Shown here: one piece after another, positions 51,220-57,493 of the stretch | Position numbering within the stretch: position 1 is the first letter of the stretch | Layout of the letters: each line of letters begins with the position of its first letter | Assembly (NCBI GenBank): GCA_016928395.1 | Contig: JAFGKV010000021.1 | Location: forward strand, 1-57,493 | Source: Candidatus Fermentibacterota bacterium | Lineage (GTDB): Bacteria; JAFGKV01 | Length of the DNA: 57,493 nucleotides | Direction: 5' to 3' | The notes under the pieces: generated by a model | The model's database searches: none | Told to the model about the DNA's origin: nothing | What the model saw: only the letters and a program-made list of their open reading frames with translations | Made by a program: the position numbers and the translations under genes

Positions 51220-54078
51220 ATGAAGAATTCAATGGTGTGGGCTCTCCTTGCCACGCTTCTCACAGCCAGCGCATCGGCCCAGTATTTCGGTCAGAACAAG
51301 GTGCAGTACCACCGGTTCCATTGGGAAGTGATTCACTCGGATCACTTCGATGTACACTATTACGGAGACACCCGTGAAGCGGCCCTCGATGCGACCAGGC
51401 TGGCAGAGCGGTGCTATTTCGAGCTTGCGGAACTCTTTGGGTACGAAGTACGAGAGCCGATCCCGTTGCTGCTGTATGCGTCTCACGGCCATTTCGCCGA
51501 GACGAATATCACTCCCTCGCTTATCTCCGAGGGCACCGGCGGCGTGACCGAACTGATCAAGCGGCGGGTGTTTCTGCCTTTCACCGGATCCTATGCGGAG
51601 CTCTCGCATGTGCTCAAGCATGAACTGGTCCACGCATTTCAGATCGATCGGCTCTTGGGCAGCGGCAAGAGCTTGCTAGGCAGTCAGGTCGTTTTCCCTC
51701 CCCTGTGGCTGATCGAAGGCATGGCGGAGTTCTACAGCATCGGCGAGGTCGACCCCAACACGGAGATGTGGCTTCGGGATGGCGCACTCAACGGCTATCT
51801 GGTCGATCTGCCAACTCTGGCCAATGTGGGAGACATCCGGGTCTACCGCTTTGGTCAGAGCATCCTGGCCTTCATCGCCGAGCGATACGGCATCGAGAAA
51901 GTCGGCGAATTGTGGACCAGGGTCATGAGCCAGACCCCGTTCGAAAAGAGTGTGGAGCGTACCCTGGGCATGTCGGTGGAAGACTTGTCGCGGAAGTGGC
52001 AGCTTCACGTTCGCCGCACGTATCTGCCCCAGTTGGAGGGCCGTGAGGCCCCGGCCGAGGCGGGCAGGCTCCTGGTGGGCGGCCCTGAGTCCCATGCCAA
52101 TTACAACCTCGCGCCATCTCTAAGTCCCGGTGGGAATCGGCTGGCCTTTATCTCCGATGAGAGCATGTTCATCGACCTCTGCGTACGCTCAGACGAGGGA
52201 GACATCAAGCGCCTGGCCAAGGGCGAACGTTCCGGCACCTTCGAGTCACTGCGGTTTCTCTCCACGTCCATGTCATGGTCGCCCGACGGGAAACTGATTG
52301 CGGTGTCAGTGAAGTCCGGCGGCAAGGAGGGGATCTACCTGCTGGACAGTGAGACCGGCCGGATCACACAACGTATCTTCCCCGACTTGGATGGCATTCA
52401 GGGGCCGGCTTTTAGCCCTGATGGGAACCACCTCGCCTTCGTCGGATTCTCCGGAGGCCAAAGCGATTTGTACCTGTACGAGTTGGCTTCTGAGGAGGTG
52501 ACACGGCTGACCGCTGATCGCCTTGCCGAACGGGACCCCGCCTGGTCGCCCGACGGATCCCGTCTGGCCTTCGCCACGGATCGCTCACCCTACACGGATT
52601 TTCACACGATGACCATTGCCGACTGGGGCATTGGCATCATGTCGCTGGACGATGGTTCAGTGGAGATGCTTCCACGGCTTCCGGGCAAGAACATCGATCC
52701 CTCCTTCTCCCCCGACGGCCGGTACTTGGCATTCGTATCTGATGCGGACGGCATCCCAAATCTCTACCTTTGGGATCTGGATTCCCGTCTCGTCGGCAAG
52801 ATAACCAACGTATTCACCGGCGTGGGAGGGCTCACGGAGTCAAGCCCCTGTCTCTCCTGGGCCCAGGAGGCTGACCGTATCGCCTTTTCCTCCTTCGAAG
52901 GTGGGCGGTGGAATATCTACTCCGTGGATGCTCCGGTGGAACGCGTCTCGGAATGGACGGAGGCTCCCGAGATGAAGGCCTTGACGACTCCCGTGCTGGC
53001 TGAGCTGCCAGACACCACGGACTTCGCCATTTCTCGTTACCGGGTCAGGTTCTCGCCCGACTACCTGGCAGGGGGTGCCATCTATGCGCAGAATCTCGGG
53101 CTCGCCGGAGAATCCTACGTATCGTTGAGCGATGTCCTGGGGAATCACACTATTACCATCGGCGCCGCCCTTTACGGTTCCCTCACCGATTCTGATCTTC
53201 TTCTGGGCTACACCAATCTGGCGCGACGGCTGAACTGGGGCGTGGCGCTATACCAATATCGCAACGATTACCTGCTATTCGAAGCATCCGATTCCGACGA
53301 GTACATACGCAATATCTACCGGGGAGGCGAACTGGGTCTCACTTGGCCGTTCTCAAGGTTCTCCCGGGTCGAGTGCAATGTGGCTCTGCTGTCGATTCAC
53401 CAGCGGACCTACAAACGATTCATCTGGGATCCATACTATCTGTATGAAGTCGACCGCGACAACTACTACTATGCTGAACCATCGGTGGCCTGGGTGACAG
53501 ACAACACGTTCTGGGGTTACACCGGGCCCATCTCAGGGCGTCGCACCAGGGTCGAGTTCTCCGCTGCCGCAGGGGACCTTCGCTTCCGCACTGGCGTCGC
53601 CGACCTGCGGCGCTACGTGAATATCTCCCGGGAGTACCTCTTTGCCTTCCGCGGGGTGTTCGGCTTCAGTGATGGCGACACGCCCCAGCGATTCAGCATC
53701 GGAGGCTCCCAGAGCTTGCGGGGCTACGGATCCGGCAGCCTCTCCGGGACCAGGGCCTTTCTAGCCAATGCGGAGTTCCGGTTTCCCCTGGTCCACAGGC
53801 TCTGGCTTGGGTTCCCTCTACCCTTGGACATCCGTGACATACGCGGCTGTGTCTTCCTGGACGGAGGCAGTGCATGGGATAACGGCAGTGTCTCGTTCTT
53901 CACGAAAGACGAGGAGACACGGTTGCCCAAGACCAAGGACCTCCTTGCTTCGTACGGTTTCGGGGCCCGCCTCAATTTAGGCATCTTTGTGCTGAAGTAC
54001 GACCTGGCCCGCCGCACCGATCTGGTCTCCAGCACGGGATCGTGGAAGTCGTTGTGGACCCTCGGAGCGGAGTTTTAG
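51220..54078 (+). CDS. Omp85/BamA-TamA family protein with N-terminal zinc-peptidase-like domain and PD40 repeats
   Basis: Signal peptide, QYFGQNKVQY, HELVH...EGMAE, multiple (W/F)SPDG repeats, LRGY, NAEFRFP, terminal GAEF. Confidence 0.88.
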   Translation: MKNSMVWALLATLLTASASAQYFGQNKVQYHRFHWEVIHSDHFDVHYYGDTREAALDATRLAERCYFELAELFGYEVREPIPLLLYASHGHFAETNITPSLISEGTGGVTELIKRRVFLPFTGSYAELSHVLKHELVHAFQIDRLLGSGKSLLGSQVVFPPLWLIEGMAEFYSIGEVDPNTEMWLRDGALNGYLVDLPTLANVGDIRVYRFGQSILAFIAERYGIEKVGELWTRVMSQTPFEKSVERTLGMSVEDLSRKWQLHVRRTYLPQLEGREAPAEAGRLLVGGPESHANYNLAPSLSPGGNRLAFISDESMFIDLCVRSDEGDIKRLAKGERSGTFESLRFLSTSMSWSPDGKLIAVSVKSGGKEGIYLLDSETGRITQRIFPDLDGIQGPAFSPDGNHLAFVGFSGGQSDLYLYELASEEVTRLTADRLAERDPAWSPDGSRLAFATDRSPYTDFHTMTIADWGIGIMSLDDGSVEMLPRLPGKNIDPSFSPDGRYLAFVSDADGIPNLYLWDLDSRLVGKITNVFTGVGGLTESSPCLSWAQEADRIAFSSFEGGRWNIYSVDAPVERVSEWTEAPEMKALTTPVLAELPDTTDFAISRYRVRFSPDYLAGGAIYAQNLGLAGESYVSLSDVLGNHTITIGAALYGSLTDSDLLLGYTNLARRLNWGVALYQYRNDYLLFEASDSDEYIRNIYRGGELGLTWPFSRFSRVECNVALLSIHQRTYKRFIWDPYYLYEVDRDNYYYAEPSVAWVTDNTFWGYTGPISGRRTRVEFSAAAGDLRFRTGVADLRRYVNISREYLFAFRGVFGFSDGDTPQRFSIGGSQSLRGYGSGSLSGTRAFLANAEFRFPLVHRLWLGFPLPLDIRDIRGCVFLDGGSAWDNGSVSFFTKDEETRLPKTKDLLASYGFGARLNLGIFVLKYDLARRTDLVSSTGSWKSLWTLGAEF

Positions 54079-54249
54079 CCGGCCAGGCAGCGCCGGAATC
54101 TGCCGACGCGCCTCCTTGGTGATCTCATGTGGAACTCTCGTTCCTGCGGAGGGTCGTCAGCGGCGCGGCTTTCAGCGTGTGACTGGGGGCGCGCGGCATA
54201 CGATCTGTGAGTAGACCGAAACCCGATCCCCAAACCCCCACGGGGGGTG

Positions 54250-56451
54250 CTACTGCACAGAAATCCGGCCGTCCCCTTCCGTCGTGAAGCAGCCGATCTC
54301 CACGGCGTCTACACCCGCTCCGTGAAGTGCCTCAAGCGCCGCCTCCATCTGCTGCGGGGATATCGCGACCAGCAGGCCGCCTGAGGTCTGGGCATCGCAC
54401 GCCAGTAGCCGGTAGGTCTCTGATACGGCGTCGTGCCACGAGACGTGCGGAGCAACATGCTGTCTGTTGTTCAAGGTGCCCCCTGGGACAACACCCCCCG
54501 TGGCCAGCTCAGCCGCGCCTCCGATCAGCGGGAGTGCGCGATGGTCGATCTCGACGTTGACGTTGCTCCCCGCAGACATCTCGCGCAAATGCCCCAGGAG
54601 CCCGAAACCCGTCACGTCGGTACAGGCATGGACGTCAAAGGCCTTCAGGACCTCGGCCGCGGCTCTGTTGAGTGTGCCCATGACCTCCTGGATGATCTGC
54701 TCCTGCTCCCGGCTGAGCAGGCCGCGTTTCAAGGCGGTTGTCATGACGCCCAGGCCGAGCGGTTTGGTCAGAATCACACCATCGCCCGGAAGGGCCCCGA
54801 AGTTCTTCCACAGCCTGTCCGGATGGACGAACCCCGTAACCACGAGCCCGAACTTCGGCTCTGGATCGTCGATCGTATGCCCTCCGAGAATCGGGATCCC
54901 TGCCCGCCCGCATGCATCATGCCCGCCGCGCAGGATGTCTTCCAGTACTCGCAACGGAAGCCGGTTCGAGGGGAACCCCACGATACAGAGCGCGAAAGCT
55001 GGCTCCGCACCCATGGCATAGATATCGCTCAGCGAATTTGCTGCGGCGATGACGCCGAACTGGTAGGGATCATCAACCACCGGTGTAAAGAAGTCCACGG
55101 TCTGCACCACCGCCACGCTCTCCGTGATCCGGTACACCGCCGCATCGTCGGCGGTCTCGGTGCCCACTAGGACATTCGCATTCTCCCTCATCCGCGGGAG
55201 TGCCGCCAGAACCCGCTCCAGGGCTTGAGGCCGCAGCTTGCAGGCACACCCTAGCCCGCTGGTGAAGCGAGTGAGCCGTATCGTCTCATCTGAAGGCCTC
55301 GCGCATGACGTCTCGGCCTCGGGTCTCAGGCGCCGGATCACCCTGACTATCGCTTCCCCGGCCCGATCCACCTCGGCCTCGGTCAGCATCGCTCCGGTGG
55401 AAAAGCGTATGGTTCCCATAGCAAACTCAAGGGGTACATTCATGGCCGCCAGGGTCGGTGACATTTGCACCTCGTCGGCGTGGCACGCCGCACCTGCCGA
55501 TGCCGCCACCTCCGCCAGTTCCGACAGGATCATGGTGGCCTCAATGCCCCGGAAGCTCAAGCTGAGCGTGTTCGGCAGCCGCCTTTCCGGGTGGCCGTTC
55601 AGCCGCACATCAACGACACGCGCGACAATGCATTCATGAAGCCGGTCTCGAAGGCTGCGCATATGCGCAGCCCGCGACTCAAGATGCCTCGCGGCCAAGT
55701 CGCAGGCCGTTCCCAAACCGACGATTTCCAGCACATTCTCGGTTCCCGCGCGCCATCCTCGCTCGTGATTCGCACCGTAGATCAGCTTCTCCAGCTTCAC
55801 TCCCGTGCGAACATAGAGCGCACCGACTCCTTTCGGTGCGTAGAGCTTGTGGCCCGCGAGAGACAGCAGATCCACGCCCAATTCATCGACCTGCACCGGG
55901 ATCTTCCCCGCTGACTGCGCGGCATCGGTGTGCATGACAATCCCGTTACGCCGGGCGATGTCGGCGATTTCGCGAATGGGCTGCACTGTGCCGACCTCGT
56001 TGTTGGCGTGCATGACCGAGATGAGAATCGTCCCCGGGGTCAAGGCCCGCTGGATGTCCGCCGGATCCACCATGCCGTATTCGTCGACCGCAACCACGGT
56101 GATGCGAAAGCCTTGAGATGCCAGATAGGTGCATACCTCGCTGACCGCGGGGTGTTCAACCGCCGACGTGATGATGTGGTTGCCCTGCCCGCGTCTCGCA
56201 TGGGCGATACCGCGGATCGCCAGGTTGTTCGACTCCGTCCCGCCGCTGGTGAAGATGATCTCCTCGGCGTGGGCCCCCAGCATCTCGGCCACGTGCCGGC
56301 GCGCACGCTCCACCGCGGTTTTGGTGCGCGCTCCGTAGAGATGGCTGCTGGAGGGATTGCCGAAATGGGTCTCCAGGTAGGGGCGCATGGCTTCCACCAC
56401 CCCGGGATCCAACGGTGTCGTGGCATTGTAGTCCAGATAGATCGGATCCAT
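54250..56451 (-). CDS. selD: Cysteine desulfurase/selenocysteine lyase - selenide,water dikinase (NifS-SelD) fusion
   Basis: N half: YLDYNATTP, FTSGGTESNN, HTDAAQ, GHK (PLP Lys), SAGAACH. C half: GCACKL, DDAAV, TVDFFTP, GGHT, TDVTGFGLLGH, DAQTSGGLL. Single continuous frame. Confidence 0.95.
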   Translation of the reverse strand: MDPIYLDYNATTPLDPGVVEAMRPYLETHFGNPSSSHLYGARTKTAVERARRHVAEMLGAHAEEIIFTSGGTESNNLAIRGIAHARRGQGNHIITSAVEHPAVSEVCTYLASQGFRITVVAVDEYGMVDPADIQRALTPGTILISVMHANNEVGTVQPIREIADIARRNGIVMHTDAAQSAGKIPVQVDELGVDLLSLAGHKLYAPKGVGALYVRTGVKLEKLIYGANHERGWRAGTENVLEIVGLGTACDLAARHLESRAAHMRSLRDRLHECIVARVVDVRLNGHPERRLPNTLSLSFRGIEATMILSELAEVAASAGAACHADEVQMSPTLAAMNVPLEFAMGTIRFSTGAMLTEAEVDRAGEAIVRVIRRLRPEAETSCARPSDETIRLTRFTSGLGCACKLRPQALERVLAALPRMRENANVLVGTETADDAAVYRITESVAVVQTVDFFTPVVDDPYQFGVIAAANSLSDIYAMGAEPAFALCIVGFPSNRLPLRVLEDILRGGHDACGRAGIPILGGHTIDDPEPKFGLVVTGFVHPDRLWKNFGALPGDGVILTKPLGLGVMTTALKRGLLSREQEQIIQEVMGTLNRAAAEVLKAFDVHACTDVTGFGLLGHLREMSAGSNVNVEIDHRALPLIGGAAELATGGVVPGGTLNNRQHVAPHVSWHDAVSETYRLLACDAQTSGGLLVAISPQQMEAALEALHGAGVDAVEIGCFTTEGDGRISVQ

Positions 56452-56659
56452 GGCTTCCCCCTTGCTGAGGTCGAGCACAAAGACGATATCCGTGTCGGTG
56501 AGCCGCACGGTTCTTTCCCTCCAGTATGCACCGCGAGGTCGCCGGCACGCAAGGGCCTGTCGCGGCTGTGAAGAAGAACCAGCGGGAGTGTAGTGCCACC
56601 ATTACACGCCGATCACTTCACGTGGGGGAGAACGTTCAACCCGGAGGAATCGCGACCAC

Positions 56660-56820
56660 GGTCTCCCGAAGGCGGATGCGGTCCCACGATCCCGACTCTC
56701 CCCCCGGCGGGCGACCAGGGGCGGTCGCCCCTACGAGGCAACGCTCCCGCGCACATCTAATGTAGGAGACCCGCATCCGACGGTGCGTGACCGAGCTGCG
56801 CGGCATACTCTCAGCCGTGA
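56660..56820. repeat. Composite REP-like element, copy 3 (GTAG-type REP)
   Basis: Minus strand reads GTAGGGGCGACC-gcccct-GGTCGCCC. Flanks can pair (CGGATGCGG/CCGCATCCG). Shares GCACATCT and GAGCT..TACTC blocks with copy 1. Confidence 0.7.
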
Positions 56821-56887
56821 ATTCTAAGGATCTGCTCGCGAAGCATGCTGGTCGCCCGCCATCGCACGAAAGCGATGGTCTTGGGCA

Positions 56888-56925
56888 TATGGGACGTGTC
56901 ATATATATGATTCGTCCTATATTCA
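56888..56925. promoter_or_regulatory. 34-bp palindrome, candidate operator (copy B)
   Basis: TATGGGACGTGTCATATATATGATTCGTCCTATA(TTCA); 34/38 identical to 4271-4308. Confidence 0.55.
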
Positions 56926-57076
56926 ACTGGACGCACGGCGGGGCGCCATCCCCATGCCGCTTGACCCGGAGACACTCGACCCTCTTCTTGTCTTCTGCCT
57001 TCGCGAGGGGTCAGCCCTGGCTTTCAGGGCAGGTACACAACCTCCGTCTTGCCGATTGGACGCCGAAGAGCCTCAG

Positions 57077-57493
57077 ATGCAACGGACGCCAGACGAACGC
57101 CCCGGAAAGGTCTACACAATCGGCCACTCGACCCTGGCACTGCAGGATCTGTGCGCCATACTGAGAGACCACGGCATCTCGGTGGTGGCGGATGTGCGCC
57201 GGTTCCCTGCATCCCGTCGCAATCCCCAGTATGCCCGGGAGACCCTCTCTTCTGTGCTCGGCGATGCCGGCATCGGCTATGTCTGGCTGGGTGATGATCT
57301 GGGGGGTTTTCGAGCGGACGGCTACGAAACCTACATGACCACCGATGGGTTCGGCCGAGGCATCTCAGCCCTGGAGACCATCGCAGGAGAATCCCCCACC
57401 GCGGTCTTGTGCGCCGAGCGTGACCCCGCGGCCTGTCATCGCCGCTTCATCGCCGATGAGTTGACTCGCCGCGGCTGGGAAGTCATTCATATC
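57077..57493 (+). CDS. DUF488 family protein (partial, runs off the right edge)
   Basis: Not in the ORF track. Hand translation: VYTIGHS, DVRRFPASRRNPQY, LGG, LCAE....CHRRFIAD. Confidence 0.9.
   Translation, partial: MQRTPDERPGKVYTIGHSTLALQDLCAILRDHGISVVADVRRFPASRRNPQYARETLSSVLGDAGIGYVWLGDDLGGFRADGYETYMTTDGFGRGISALETIAGESPTAVLCAERDPAACHRRFIADELTRRGWEVIHI

Noticed and set aside
55238-55260. Possible selenocysteine in the SelD active site
   Set aside because: Codons read TGT-GCC-TGC-AAG (CACK); no in-frame TGA in the fusion or the xdh genes.
56452-56508. In-frame extension MRLTDTDIVFVLDLSKGEA upstream of NifS-SelD
   Set aside because: NifS homology begins at MDPIYLD, which has its own purine-rich SD. 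The extension could be a remnant of another gene but is too short to support.

Overview
GC-rich chromosomal window from a diderm bacterium (Omp85/BamA-type and LolA-like genes, hrcA). Gene order suggests an FCB-related candidate phylum, but this is inference only. 1-14 kb (all minus strand) is an accessory envelope region: a large secreted protein cut by the left edge, an SLC13/TrkA-C permease, a twin-retropepsin-PDZ protease, a LolA-like protein with a LolCDE-like ABC transporter, a probable outer-membrane protein, an alpha/beta hydrolase and a metallophosphatase, separated by mosaic REP-like repeats. 14.5-35 kb holds a B12 radical SAM gene, then hrcA-grpE-dnaK-dnaJ-rsmE-rpsU-yqeY-dnaG-sigma70-tRNA(CAU), convergent with rho-rpmE-prfA-prmC-yicC-gmk-rpoZ-udg-dnaB-radA. 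35-57 kb holds a Thr-type sulfatase-like lipoprotein, potABCD, kbp, a DEAD-box helicase, an acyl-CoA ligase, a three-subunit xanthine dehydrogenase-family enzyme, a peptidase/PD40/Omp85 protein, a NifS-SelD fusion and a truncated DUF488 gene. Best leads: (i) the NifS/Sec-lyase-SelD fusion one gene from a Mo-hydroxylase operon (possible selenium-cofactor module); (ii) a 34-bp palindrome found twice, upstream of the SLC13 permease and of NifS-SelD; (iii) a B12 radical SAM gene flanked by a c-di-GMP-I-like leader and a small Cys-containing ORF with a strong SD; (iv) a divergent sigma70 at the rpoD locus; (v) a three-copy composite REP element. No CRISPR array, rRNA, integrase or transposase gene was seen. 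All family calls come from motif recognition by eye, not database searches.
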